DNA of 64,000 bases from Nitrospirota bacterium (GTDB taxonomy: Bacteria > Nitrospirota > UBA9217): contig CAVVUN010000001.1 of the NCBI GenBank assembly GCA_963751455.1, forward strand, positions 192,001 through 256,000. The letters run 5' to 3'. Shown piece by piece: positions 29,602 to 40,837 of the stretch. How positions within the stretch are numbered: the stretch's first letter is position 1; each line of letters opens with the position of its first letter. The notes under the pieces were generated by a model. It did not search any database. It worked only from the letters and a program-made list of their open reading frames with translations, and was not told the origin of the DNA. The position numbers were made by a program, and so were the translations under genes.

Positions 29602-30964
29602 TCAAGAATTGTATTTGTGCAGACGGTGCCGGAACGACCGGAACGACAACCTGAGAAGCTTGGCAGCCTCCGTCTTCACGCCGCCTGTTTTGTCGAGGGC
29701 CTTCTGAAGCAGCGCTTTCTCCGCCTTTTCCAGCAAGCCCTCCAGATCGAGACCCTGATCGGGTATCTCGGCCGGAATCAATTCAGGGCACGGCTCGTCC
29801 CTTTTCAGAGAATCGGGTATATGGTCTGCGCTGATAATCTGCTCCGACGAGAGAATGGCCAGCCGTTCTACCGTATTTTCCAGTTCTCGCACATTGCCGG
29901 GCCATCGATAGGCTATAAGCAGTTTAAGGGTTTCCGGAGATAACTTCTTCGGCTCCACCCCTTTCCCCGCAAACTTACGGAGAAAATAATCCACCAGCGC
30001 GGGGATGTCGTCCTTCCGCTCCCGAAGCGGCGGCAGATGAATGGGAATGACATTCAGCCGGTAAAATAGGTCTTCACGGAACGTGCCCTTTGAAACCTCC
30101 GACTGCAAATTGCGATTGCTTGCGGCAATCACCCGCGTGTCCACTTTAATATCCGTAGTTCCTCCAACCCGCATGAACTCCCGCTCCTGGAGAACGCGCA
30201 AGAGCTTCATCTGAAGCGCCGGAGTAGTAGCGCTGATCTCGTCAAGAAACATGGTGCCGCTGTTCGCAGCTTCAAAAAGACCCTGCTTGTTCGCGTTCGC
30301 TCCGGTGAAAGCGCCCTTCATGTAACCGAAGAGTTCGCTTTCGAGCAATGTTTCAGGAAGCGCTGCGCAGTTGACCGTCACAAAGGGCTTGTCTCTTCTC
30401 GAGCTGCTGAAGTGGACCGCTCGCGCAACCAGTTCCTTGCCTGTTCCGCTTTCTCCGGTAACGAGTACCGTGCTCCTCGTGTCCGCCACCTGCCGTATCA
30501 GCGAGAATAACCGCAGCATGGAAGCGCTTTTCCCGATAAAATTTTCGAAGCCTGCCCTGGTTTCCATCTCCCGCTTAAGCAGGATGTTCTCTTTTCTCAG
30601 GTGTCGTTTTTCGAGTGCTTTTTCGATGATCAGTTTTATTTCATCGACTTTAAACGGCTTTGGTTATATAATCGTAGGCGCCCAGTTTCATGGCTTCTAC
30701 AGCCGTTTCAGCAGTCGCATACGCGGTAATCATGATTACGACCGTCTCTGGTGAAACCTCCTTTACGCTTTTCAGCACGCCGATCCCGTCGACTCCCGGC
30801 ATTTTTACATCAGTAATAACGAGATCGAAAATCTCGCTCTGAACTGCTTTAAGCGCGTTATCGCCGTTTTGGGCCGCCACAACGTCATACCCGTCTTTTT
30901 TAAGCATGATCGAAAGAAAATCGCGCATGCTTTGTTCATCGTCTACCAGCAGTATTCTGTTCAT
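29602..30964 (-). CDS. pilR: Sigma54-dependent response regulator PilR, split by a +1 frameshift near 30660
   Basis: REC ORF (MNRILLVDDE...GAYDYITK) and AAA+/HTH ORF (GESGTGKE, GAFTGA, WPGNVRELEN). Removing one A restores ITKPFKVDE. Confidence 0.88.
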
Positions 30965-30971
30965 AGTTTTA

Positions 30972-32667
30972 TTATAAAGAGGCGAATCTGTTTTTGGTCC
31001 GTTCATCAGCAATACGATTATAGTGCTCGTCCTCGACAATCGGAATGCGTATTATAAATTTCGCATTCTTTCCTTTATCTGTTTCAACCGTAATGGTGCC
31101 GCCATGGTCCTCGATAATCCGGTACACAATGGCGAGTCCCAGGCCTGTTCCGCCGAGTTTCGTCGTAAAAAACGGATCGAATATTTTTTCAAGGTGCTCA
31201 TCCGCAATGCCGTGGCCGGTATCGCTGAATACGATTTCACACCACACGTTTCCGTTTTCTTCAAAAGTAAGGGCCACGTATCGTTATCGTCCCGCCGTTC
31301 GGCATTGCCTGGCATGCATTGATCAGTAAATTCCAGAAAACCTGACGAAAACGCTGGGCGTCACCGCGTATGGCTATTCCGGGTTCGATGTCGCATGTGA
31401 TTTGGATACCGTCGGTGAATTCTCTGCTGTTCCTCATGAGCATAATCGTTTCATCAAGAACTGACGAAAGAACAACAGGTTCGCTCTGAGGAGATTTCGG
31501 TCTCGCATATTCAAGAAACTCCGTAATAATGGTGTTTAAACGGTCCGCTTCACGCACCACAATGTCCATCAAATGTTTGTTGTCGCCGTCCAGGTTCAGT
31601 TCCCCTTGAAGGACCTGGATCGATCCGCTCAGTGAGGCAAGTGGATTTCTTATTTCATGCGCGATGCCGGCGGCAAGACTTCCGACCGTCGCAAGGCGCT
31701 CCTGTCTCCTGAACTGTTCCTCCATTTTCACCATCTTCGTAATGTCCTGAAATATGAGGATAACTCCTCTTACACTCTGGTGTTCGTCTCTCAGAAGCGA
31801 AGCCACCATTCCGAGCAGCGCGGCATCTCCGTCCTTTTTTACAATCTCACCTTCAAACCGGAACGGCCGTTCCTTCAGATCGTCGGTATGGCCGAACAAT
31901 CCCTTGATAGTGTCACCGAAAACTTCCTGCAGACGATTCCTGATCTCCTCGTATGTATAGCCGGTGATAGTTTCTGCGGCACGGTTCCATGAAGTAATAT
32001 GGCCATCGAGGTCCGTCGTAAGAATGCCGCTCACAACGCTTTTCAATATAAGATCCTGAAGAGTTCTCAGATCCTCCAGATCAACGCTCTTTTCCCGCAA
32101 TTCCTGGCGTGTTTTCCGGAGCCGCTCGGAAAGATAGCCGCTCAGGAGCGAAATTATGTAAAAAGAGAGAATATTGATGAAGACCAGATACAACACTTGC
32201 ATCGACGTGAAGGTCGTGCTCGGGACAAAACCGAGGACGTTATAATACTGCATGTCGAGCATTCCGCCGTACAGTATGCTGGCAAGCGATGCTGCGAAGT
32301 AGCCGCCTGGTCGGTAAATAATGATACTCGCGGAAATGATCGTCAGATGATAGAGTATCGAAAAACTACTGTCTATCCCGCCCGTAATGCGGACCAGGAA
32401 GGTGACGAGAACGATATCAACCGCTATCTGGAGATAGGCGAAAAGCGGGAGATTATTGATTTTGTCAAGCAGGTACCAGTAAATTCCGGTCAGGACGTAA
32501 ACAAAAAGGACAAAATAATAGAGATAACGGGCAGGGACCTCGTATATGCGATATTCATGTTGAAAGAAAAGCAGGGTGCCGAGCAGCAGCGTAACCAGCA
32601 TGGCCCTGCTCAGTATGGACCACTTCAGCCTGCCGTGATATTCTTCTTTTGAACGGTCTTGGGTCAC
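30972..32667 (-). CDS. pilS: Sensor histidine kinase PilS, split by a +1 frameshift near 31275
   Basis: TM region, PAS, H-box AHEIRNPL and N-box in one ORF. G/F boxes (DTGHGI, FDPFFTTK, GTGLGL) in the next frame. Confidence 0.88.
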
Positions 32668-32674
32668 CGATGGT

Positions 32675-33889
32675 TTAACCGCCTGCAATCGAACCCATCT
32701 GGAATATGGGCATGTACATGGCAATGATAACAAAACCGACCGTCGTGCCCAGAAATATCATGAGCATCGGTTCGAGCAGAGAAGTAAGAGTGCCGACCGC
32801 GGTATCGACCTCGTCGTCGTAGAAATCCGCTATCTTGGTCAGCATGTTGTCGAGCGCGCCGGTCGATTCTCCCACAGCAATCATCTGCGTAACCATGGCG
32901 GGAAACACTTTGGATTTGCTCAGCGGTTCGGCAAGGGTCTTACCTTCGCTCACGCTCTGTCTCGTTGTCATAATGGCCTCTTCCACGATCTTGTTGCCGG
33001 CCGTTCGCGCCACGATTATGAGTCCCTCGAGAATGGGGACTCCGCTTGACAGGAGCGTGCCGAGGGTCCGCGTAAATTTCGCGACAGCAACTTTGCGGAT
33101 AAGATCGCCCGCAACCGGAAGTCTCAGGGCTATCCTGTCCGTTGCTTTGAGGCCAGCGTCAGTTTTTCGCCACTGTTTCAGCCCTATGATGAAACCGACA
33201 AACGAGAGCAGCGTGCTCAGCCCGCCCCAACCCTTCAGAAAGTTGCTGACTGCTACCACGATCCGGGTCGGCAGCGGCAGCGCCTGGCCGCCTTCAGCGA
33301 ACATGTTTGCGAGCATCGGCACGACGATGACGAGCAGGAGAGAAACGACCGCGACCGCAACGAACAGAATGACGGACGGATACACCATTGCCGACTTGAT
33401 CTGCTGTTTTATTTTTGCAAATTTCTCCATGTAAGCGGCAAGCCGTTGGAGAATCGTATCAAGGATACCGCCTGCCTCACCGGCTGCGACCATGTTCACA
33501 TAGAGGTTATCGAAGACTTTTGGGTGCTTTTTGAGGGCTTCGGCAAACGTGGACCCGCTTTCTACGTCCGACCGCACCTGGATGACCGTCTTTGATAGCG
33601 TGACGTTTTCCGACTGGCTGCCGAGAATATCGAGACACTGCACAAGGGGAAGACCCGCGTCGATCATCGTTGCCAGCTGCCTCGTCAGTATCACGACGTC
33701 CTTGTCAGTTACTTTCGGGGCTCCAAAGCTCAACTTGATCTCTTTGGGCTTTGCGGTTACGCTGATCGGCAGGATATTCTGTTTCCGAAGAAGCGCCATC
33801 ACCTCCTCTTTGGTGTTGGCGGAAAGCTCCCCTTTCTGGACGGCTCCCTGCCGGGTTTTCCCCTCCCAGGTAAATACTGTCGTTGCCAT
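32675..33889 (-). CDS. pilC: Type IV pilus platform protein
   Basis: TRQLATMIDAGLP, AGEAGGIL, GESTGAL, LEP. ATG at 33889. Confidence 0.96.
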   Translation of the reverse strand: MATTVFTWEGKTRQGAVQKGELSANTKEEVMALLRKQNILPISVTAKPKEIKLSFGAPKVTDKDVVILTRQLATMIDAGLPLVQCLDILGSQSENVTLSKTVIQVRSDVESGSTFAEALKKHPKVFDNLYVNMVAAGEAGGILDTILQRLAAYMEKFAKIKQQIKSAMVYPSVILFVAVAVVSLLLVIVVPMLANMFAEGGQALPLPTRIVVAVSNFLKGWGGLSTLLSFVGFIIGLKQWRKTDAGLKATDRIALRLPVAGDLIRKVAVAKFTRTLGTLLSSGVPILEGLIIVARTAGNKIVEEAIMTTRQSVSEGKTLAEPLSKSKVFPAMVTQMIAVGESTGALDNMLTKIADFYDDEVDTAVGTLTSLLEPMLMIFLGTTVGFVIIAMYMPIFQMGSIAGG

Positions 33890-33899
33890 GTTCACCCTC

Positions 33900-34037
33900 A
33901 CCCATGATTCCCATCTCCTTTTCTCAAAGGAGATGGTAGATAAACCCTTGATTCCCCTCTCATGTTTTTCAATGAGAAGGTACGACGGGTCTATCTTACC
34001 CTTGATCGCTCTGTCTCCCCGTAGCACAGGGAGAACC
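33900..34037. repeat. Three tandem ~39-nt hairpin repeats
   Basis: Units start acccWtgat and carry a tctc...gaga stem, at 33900, 33944 and 33998. Confidence 0.7.
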
Positions 34038-34048
34038 GGAATAAAGCC

Positions 34049-35152
34049 TTACCGGTATTCCTTTTGAATAACCTGGCTGCCTGCCAGTCCCGATCGTCCA
34101 AGCTGCTGAATCAGTTCTTCGGGGTTTGACGACCTTCCAATGCAGTCATCGTAGCTGATCATCTTCTTGACATACAGCTCATACAGTCCCTGATTCAGTG
34201 TCTGCATGCCGTATTTTGACTGGCCGGTCTGCATCTGCGAATAAATCTGATGGATTTTGTCCTCACGGATGAGATTCCGGATAGCGGCGTTCGGGACAAG
34301 GATTTCCATTGCAAGCACCCTGCCGCCGCCGATTTTGGGGATGAGCTGTTGCGACATGACCCCTTCAAGCACGAACGAAAGCTGCGCCCTGACCTGAGAT
34401 TGCTGGTGCGGAGAAAAAACATCGATGATACGGTTCATGGTCTGGGCCGCAGAATTGGTGTGCAGCGTCGCAAACGTCAGGTGGCCGGTTTCCGCGATGG
34501 TCAAGGCCGCTTCAATCGTCTCGAGGTCCCGCATTTCTCCGACAAGCACGACATCAGGGTCTTGCCTTAAAATATATTTCAACGCATCCTTGAAAGATTT
34601 CGTGTCCGCGTTTACCTCGCGCTGGTTGACCACGCATTTTTTATGGGGATGGAGGTACTCGATCGGATCTTCGATGGTTATGATGTGCTCCTGCCGCTCG
34701 CTGTTGATCTTGTCTATCATGGATGCAAGCGTTGTGGACTTGCCGCTGCCCGTCGGTCCCGTAACCAGCACAAGTCCCCGCGGCTTCCTGCAAAGATCAG
34801 AGACGACGTCTGGAAGGCCGAGTTCCTGGAATGTCTTTATCTTGAACGGGATGGTCCTGATCGCGGCCGCAACGGCGCCGCGCTGTACAAAGATGTTCGC
34901 CCGAAACCGGGAAAGATTCTTGACCCCGAACGAGAGATCGAGCTCGCTGTTCTCCTCGAACTTGTGCTTTTGTCCGTCAGTGAGAATACTGTAACAAAGG
35001 TCTTTGGTCTGCGTTCCGCTGAGCGGCTCCAGACCGGGGATCGCTTTCATCTTGCCGTCGATGCGAACGGAGGGGGCGATGCCGGTCGTAACGTGAAGGT
35101 CTGAAGCCCCTTTTTCTATCATATACTTGAGCAAGTCGTGCAGATTGGCCAT
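34049..35152 (-). CDS. pilT: Type IV pilus retraction ATPase
   Basis: GPTGSGKSTT, TIEDPIE, LRQDPD, AIRNLIRE. Confidence 0.97.
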   Translation of the reverse strand: MANLHDLLKYMIEKGASDLHVTTGIAPSVRIDGKMKAIPGLEPLSGTQTKDLCYSILTDGQKHKFEENSELDLSFGVKNLSRFRANIFVQRGAVAAAIRTIPFKIKTFQELGLPDVVSDLCRKPRGLVLVTGPTGSGKSTTLASMIDKINSERQEHIITIEDPIEYLHPHKKCVVNQREVNADTKSFKDALKYILRQDPDVVLVGEMRDLETIEAALTIAETGHLTFATLHTNSAAQTMNRIIDVFSPHQQSQVRAQLSFVLEGVMSQQLIPKIGGGRVLAMEILVPNAAIRNLIREDKIHQIYSQMQTGQSKYGMQTLNQGLYELYVKKMISYDDCIGRSSNPEELIQQLGRSGLAGSQVIQKEYR

Positions 35153-35193
35153 ATAAACCTCTTGTTCAGCTTGATTTTACGTCTTTTCGAGAC

Positions 35194-37038
35194 TTAACTC
35201 TCCTGGTTGTCCGGGAACGTATTCTCAACGACTTCCTCCAGCGAGGTGAGTCCGGCTTTCACCTTGAGCAGTCCGCTCATACGGAGCGTCCTCATGCCTC
35301 CGGCGATCGCTTGCTTTTTTATGTCGAATACGGACGCCCCTTGCAGGATCAGTTCCTTGATCTCATCCTTGATCGGCATCACCTCGTAGAGCGCCACCCT
35401 TCCCTTGTACCCTGTTTTGTTGCATACGTCGCAGCCGGTCCCCTTGTTGCTCACGATCGTGGGGGCTTCCTCCGGTGAAAATCCTGCCTCGATAAAGATC
35501 TCGGGCGGAATTTTCTCCGGTTTCTTGCAGTTCTGGCAGGCCTTCCGGACCAGCCTCTGGGCGACAATGAGAATGACTGCCGAGGACACGAGAAAAGGCT
35601 CCACGCCCATGTTCAGCATGCGGTTGATGGTGCTGGGCGCATCGTTCGTATGGAGAGTGGTGAGCACCAGGTGTCCGGTAAGAGCCGCCTTGACGCCGAT
35701 TTCAGCCGTCTCATAGTCGCGTGTTTCTCCCACCATGATGATATCCGGGTCCTGCCGCAGAAAGGACCGCAGGGCCGCAGCAAAGTTTAGACCGATGTCG
35801 TCTTTCATCTGGACCTGGTTGATGCCCATCAGGTTGAATTCGACAGGATCTTCAGCCGTCATGATGTTTTCGGAATCCGTGTTCAGTTCACTGAGGGCCG
35901 AGTAAAGGGTCGTCGTCTTTCCGCTTCCGGTAGGACCGGTCACGAGCACCATGCCGTACGGCCTGTTGAGCGCATCTTTAAAGTCTTTCAGCTGGTCTTC
36001 ATCGAACCCCAGCTTGGTCATGTCCAGCTGCAGGTTAGATTTATCGAGCAGACGCATGACAATCTTTTCCCCGAACAGGCAGGGCAGCACCGAAACGCGG
36101 AAGTCCATGACCTTATTTTTGCTCATCTTGAGCTTGATTCTGCCGTCCTGCGGAAGCCTCCGCTCGGCAATATCGAGCGAGGCCATGATCTTGATGCGGG
36201 AAATGATTGCGTTTCTGATCTTGAGCGGAAGCCCCATCACCGTATTCAGAACGCCGTCGAGCCGGTACCTGACCCTGAATTTTTTTTCATAGGGCTCGAC
36301 ATGGATATCGCTGACGCCCATGGTAGCGGCCCGCAGCAGGATCCCGTTTACAAGTTTGACGATGGGCGCCTCTACTTCGGCTGAAAGCTGGTCAAGGCCC
36401 TGGTCCTCTACCACTTCCAGATTATCCACGGCGCCGTGGACCAGGTTATCGAAGTCCTCGACGTCAACGACGCCGCCGGTGTCGATATCGTCGATCACGG
36501 ATTCCTCATCCTTTGATTCATCGAGAGCATAATCCTTGGCGTCCAGCGTGATCTTTTTTTCTTCCTTGGCAGATGCTCCTGTTCCGCCCTTTGACGAAGC
36601 AAGCCCCTTCGCGCCGTAATATTTTTTTATTGCATCGATAATCGCGCCTTCGGTCGCGACTACGGCTTCGACATTGTAGCCTGTCATGAATTTGATATCA
36701 TCGATTGCAAAAATATTCGAGGGGTCCACCATCGCGATCGTAATCGTTGCGCCCGCACGATTAATAGGCATGATCCGGTATTTCTGCGCAACGTCAGCCG
36801 GGATATGTTTGACAACGGCCTGATTGATTTCGAACTTGCTGAGGTCGACATACGGAACACCATACTGCTTGCTCAGAAACGTCATGAGCTTGTCTTCCTG
36901 TACGAACCCGAGTTTTACCAGCGTTGATCCAAGCCGGCCGCCCTCGGTTTTCTGTGCAGTAAGCGCTTTTTTCAGCTGGTCTTCCGTTATAAGACCCGAC
37001 GATACAAGCATTGCGCCGAGCCTTCCCGACATTGCCAT
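35194..37038 (-). CDS. pilB: Type IV pilus assembly ATPase with N-terminal MshEN domain
   Basis: RLGAML...RLGSTL, DIAERRLPQDGR, GPTGSGKTTT, CxxC pairs, GYKGR. Confidence 0.97.
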   Translation of the reverse strand: MAMSGRLGAMLVSSGLITEDQLKKALTAQKTEGGRLGSTLVKLGFVQEDKLMTFLSKQYGVPYVDLSKFEINQAVVKHIPADVAQKYRIMPINRAGATITIAMVDPSNIFAIDDIKFMTGYNVEAVVATEGAIIDAIKKYYGAKGLASSKGGTGASAKEEKKITLDAKDYALDESKDEESVIDDIDTGGVVDVEDFDNLVHGAVDNLEVVEDQGLDQLSAEVEAPIVKLVNGILLRAATMGVSDIHVEPYEKKFRVRYRLDGVLNTVMGLPLKIRNAIISRIKIMASLDIAERRLPQDGRIKLKMSKNKVMDFRVSVLPCLFGEKIVMRLLDKSNLQLDMTKLGFDEDQLKDFKDALNRPYGMVLVTGPTGSGKTTTLYSALSELNTDSENIMTAEDPVEFNLMGINQVQMKDDIGLNFAAALRSFLRQDPDIIMVGETRDYETAEIGVKAALTGHLVLTTLHTNDAPSTINRMLNMGVEPFLVSSAVILIVAQRLVRKACQNCKKPEKIPPEIFIEAGFSPEEAPTIVSNKGTGCDVCNKTGYKGRVALYEVMPIKDEIKELILQGASVFDIKKQAIAGGMRTLRMSGLLKVKAGLTSLEEVVENTFPDNQES

Positions 37039-37090
37039 GAGGGAACTCCTTGAAAAGAAAGTGCTATAATAGACGAGAAATTGTAAAGTA

Positions 37091-37119
37091 ATATTACTTT
37101 AATAGGAGAGGTATGTCAA
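37091..37119 (-). promoter_or_regulatory. Sigma70-type promoter upstream of pilB
   Basis: TTGACA-N17-TAATAT on the minus strand. Confidence 0.55.
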
Positions 37120-37148
37120 GAAGAGACCTGATACTTTTATCTTCCTTG

Positions 37149-37998
37149 TCACTTTCGCATCTGTAACGTCAGGGCGTTTTTCATAATCGCTACCGGCGCT
37201 TTTTCCCCGGTCCATATTTCAAAGGCGATTACGCCCTGATACAGGAGCATGCCGATGCCGGCAAGTGTTTTCGCCTTCCGCATGCGTGCGGTCTTCAGGA
37301 ACCGCGTCTCGGGGGGATTGTATACCAGATCGCATACGAGGTGGCGCCCGTGAATAAGATTGCCGGCCAACGGGAGCGGATCTCCCCTCTTTAATCCAAG
37401 CGGAGTTGCGTTGATAAGACAGTCCGCAGCAGATGCGCAAGCCTGCGAGGGCATCGTGCTTTATGGCCGTTGCTTCAACTCCTGTTTTTTCCGTGATTTC
37501 CCGCGAAAGGATGCCCGCTTTTTGCATATCTACATCGTAATAAATAATTCTGCCTGCGCCGGCAAGGCAAAGACTGAATCCCACTGCCCGGGCTGCCCCG
37601 CCCGAGCCGATGAAGAGGAACGTCTTCCCCCTCGGATCAAATTTTGCCTGCTCGCGCAGTGAGCGGAGAAAACCTCTGCCGTCCGTATTGTGCCCTATTA
37701 ATCGGCCTTCCGTTATCTGTATCGTATTAACCGCTCCTATCAGTTTCGCTTCCTGGGACAGCTCGTCCAGAAACGGAATCACCTTTTCTTTATGAGGCAC
37801 AGTAACATTCAGGCCGTGCAGCCCGAGCGCGCCTATTGCCTTCGCAGCCTCGGGAAGACGGTCTGGATGAACGGCGAATGGAACGTAGCACGCGTCCAGA
37901 CCCAGTTTTTTGAATGCGGCATTGTGCATGCCGGGCGAAAAAGTATGTTCGACCGGATAGCCGAAGATTCCGTAAATATTCGTTTTTCCCGATATCAT
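37149..37998 (-). CDS. aroE: Shikimate dehydrogenase, split by a +1 frameshift near 37440
   Basis: SPGMHN, NVTVPHK, GAVNT, NTDG, GSGGAARA. Second frame has INATPLG, DLVYNP, GMLLYQG. Confidence 0.9.
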
Positions 37999-39292
37999 GG
38001 TATATCCTTGCCTCCTTTTGCCAAAACAGCGACGAGTTCCGCAAATCCTTCAGCCGCCAAAATCTTTACGCCGAGCCTCTGCTCCAGGCCCGCAAGATGC
38101 ATACCGTCGAGGAAGAGGTCCTCGTCCTCTTTGAGCGCGTTCGACGGAACCACTACGATATCACCGGACCTTTTTCCGCTCAGCGCGCGCAGAATGTCTC
38201 CGCCGGTCAGTAACCCGCTTACCGTAACGGACGGTCCGAAAAACCTGTTCTCAGCGGTAACAAGGCGCACGCTCACGCCATCTATTGATTGAAGCTTTGG
38301 CAACAGCCCCCGCAATACGCCACTGAAAGGAAACACCGGTAACGATGGTTGCTCTGACAGGGTGCACCCTTTTCGGGAGTCGCGTACGGGAAACTTCTTT
38401 CATGAATGACGCAATCATGCCTACTCCGTTCTCGATCTGAGGAAAATCTTCATAGGCGGAAAATGACGGGAAAGGCTGGCCGGCCTTGATGTAAAATTCG
38501 TCGGAAGCAAATACAAGCCGCGTTCCATACCGGCGCTTGAATATGGTTTGCATGGGCTCGACAAGTTTAAGCACGGCGCGGGCTTCTTTCTTCGAAAATG
38601 TTTTTATCGGGAACAGTGCCTTCCCGGAACCCTGTTACGCCGACCGGCACAATTGCGATTGAGGAGACCGAGGGGAAAAGGCCTGAGAGGTCATTCAGGG
38701 TTTTTACAAGATGTTCGCCGTCGTTTATCCCCGGGCACAATACGATTTGAGCGTGAATCCTGATTCCTCCGGAAGCAAGACGTTTCAGGCTTGCGAGTAT
38801 ATCGGGAGCTTTTTTATTCCGGAGCATGGATGAACGGAGTTCGTGATTGGTGGTATGAACCGAAATATACAGCGGGCTCAATCTCTGCGTGAAGATGCGC
38901 TTCCAGTCCGGATCGGAGAGTGCTCCGAGCGTTATGAAATTTCCGTACAGGAAAGAGGCCCGGAAATCATCGTCTTTGACATACAGTGTTTTACGGCAGC
39001 CGGGCGGCATCTGATCGACGAAACAAAAGATGCATTTGTTGCGACAGCGTTTGACTGCAATCGGCGCAAATTCGAGTCCCAGTGAATCGTCTGGCTCTTT
39101 ACTGACGCGGATCGACCGAATACCGCCGCGTTTTTTTTTGACTGTCAGAGTAACGCGGTCGTACGCTGCGAAAAACCTGAAATCGATGACATCGTGGATG
39201 GCATTTCCATTGATCGAAACAAGGATATCGCCCCTGCCCAGACCCAGTTCCGAGGCCGAACTGCCGGGAGGGACGTTGAGAATCTCAAGCAA
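37995..39292 (-). CDS. PDZ + DUF512 radical-SAM-like Fe-S protein, split by two +1 frameshifts (~38615, ~38327)
   Basis: CRNKCIFCFVDQ, KDDD, SPLYISVH, then SDEFY/PQIENGVG, then NRFFG..VTVSGLLTG, across three consecutive ORFs. Confidence 0.85.
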
Positions 39293-39727
39293 TCACACGC
39301 TCCTCTTCGAGGCAAACATATAGTCGACATATCCGATGATCTGCGTCTTCGCTTCTTCGGAAACCTGGCGAAATTTTCTCAGCATCTGCAGCTCCTCGGC
39401 GCTCATGATTTTTTCAAGGTAATTGCATTGTTCTTCGGAAAGCGGGAACTTGCGTTTCCCCCGTCTGAACTTTGCCTGCGAAGGAGACAGAAAAAAGCCC
39501 TTGACCTCGGCGGGGACCTTCTCCTGGTGGGCGGTAAGAATCAGGACCGATTTGTCCAGGTTCAGTTTCTGCGCGACCATGATAAGGGTCTTGTCCTTCG
39601 GAATGTGCCCTTTATTGATGGTGACCCGCAGGAGTTCCGGGCTGATTCCCAGGACCTTCGACGCGTCTTTCAGATTTCTGAATCCTTTCTTTTCGAGTGC
39701 CTGCCTGATCATATCGGATATTTTCAT
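39293..39727 (-). CDS. HTH-like hypothetical protein, probable regulator
   Basis: LKDASKVLGISPELL helix-turn-helix pattern. GGGGGG RBS. Abuts the DUF512 gene. Confidence 0.7.
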   Translation of the reverse strand: MKISDMIRQALEKKGFRNLKDASKVLGISPELLRVTINKGHIPKDKTLIMVAQKLNLDKSVLILTAHQEKVPAEVKGFFLSPSQAKFRRGKRKFPLSEEQCNYLEKIMSAEELQMLRKFRQVSEEAKTQIIGYVDYMFASKRSV

Positions 39728-39795
39728 TTTATCCCCCCCTGCCGTGCATATGAGATTCGTTCAAGAGTTTCTATCGATGTTGAACATCGACTCCA

Positions 39796-40341
39796 TCAGG
39801 AACCCACTATTTTCATTCCCCTCAGAATATATTGTACGCCTGACGCGATTGTGACGCCTGCCGTGGTCCAGTAGAGAATAGCCAACAACCCCAATTCCGT
39901 TCCATAGTTCATCAAGATGAGGGAAAGCGTTACGGTAGTCAACTGGAGCACGGTAGTTACCTTGCCGATTATCGTCGGCTGAATCTTCAGATTGTGCGTC
40001 GTAAGATAAATGATCAGACTTCCCATGACCAGGATAGCGTCTCTGCTTACGACGATGGTAACCAGCCAGAACGGCAGTTTGCGAAGAATGACGAGCGTTA
40101 CAAAGGCCGAAAGAATCAGCAATTTGTCGGCCATGGGGTCGAGAAACGCCCCGAGTTCGGTCTTTTTCTTCATCATTCGCGCGAACATGCCGTCGAGCGC
40201 ATCGGAGAGGCACGCGATAACAAAAACCAGAAGCGCTTCCCGATAGTATTCATAGATCATGAGATCTATAAAAAACGGAATCAGGATCACCCTGATAAGA
40301 GTGATAAAGTTCGGCAGGTTCAACGGCGCCCTCTTGGCCAA
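39796..40341 (-). CDS. pgsA: CDP-alcohol phosphatidyltransferase (PgsA-like)
   Basis: NLPNFIT..R and DALDGMFAR...GAFLDPMADK. Confidence 0.85.
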   Translation of the reverse strand: MAKRAPLNLPNFITLIRVILIPFFIDLMIYEYYREALLVFVIACLSDALDGMFARMMKKKTELGAFLDPMADKLLILSAFVTLVILRKLPFWLVTIVVSRDAILVMGSLIIYLTTHNLKIQPTIIGKVTTVLQLTTVTLSLILMNYGTELGLLAILYWTTAGVTIASGVQYILRGMKIVGS

Positions 40342-40478
40342 AACAAAAATATGAATATTTATAACATATTTATTTGTGTTGTCAACCTTTTTCTTTTTGT
40401 TTTTTGGTTTATCCGTTCGAGCTTCGTGCGAGGAAAGAGCTTCAGCGCAGATGATTCATGAAGAACTACAGGTTCGAG

Positions 40479-40526
40479 TGGAGCCGGCGAGTGGGATTGA
40501 ACCACCGACCTGCTGATTACGAATCA
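40479..40526 (-). repeat. att direct repeat: duplicated 3' part of tRNA-Thr
   Basis: 48 bp identical to 43148-43195 (tggagccggcgagtgggattgaaccaccgacctgctgattacgaatca). Confidence 0.95.
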
Positions 40527-40837
40527 TTGCGACAAACAGAAGAGAACGTGCATGGATACTGCTCAAAATTCAATATTGTATGTAGTGGATGTCACCACAT
40601 CTGCTCTATGCGCGGCGGATATTAACATAGCCTTTCGCAGTCGTCAAGCGTTTTCGTTAGTGACTCAGTTTAATTAAATGTGAGCGACCGAAATTGATGC
40701 CAATCATCATCCGATGCCCGATGCTTTACTTCCGCATATTAACTCGCTCATATTATCGTAAGGTTTCAAGCACTCATTTTTCTTCTGTCGAGCGGAAAGA
40801 GATTACTGAGAAAGCGGCTAAAGCAATATGGAAAAAA

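Noticed and set aside
33900-34037. Mini CRISPR array
   Set aside because: Units are degenerate, gaps are only 5-15 nt, and there are no cas genes in the window.
40479-40526. Second tRNA-Thr gene
   Set aside because: It lacks the 5' acceptor strand and D-arm. It is the att duplicate.
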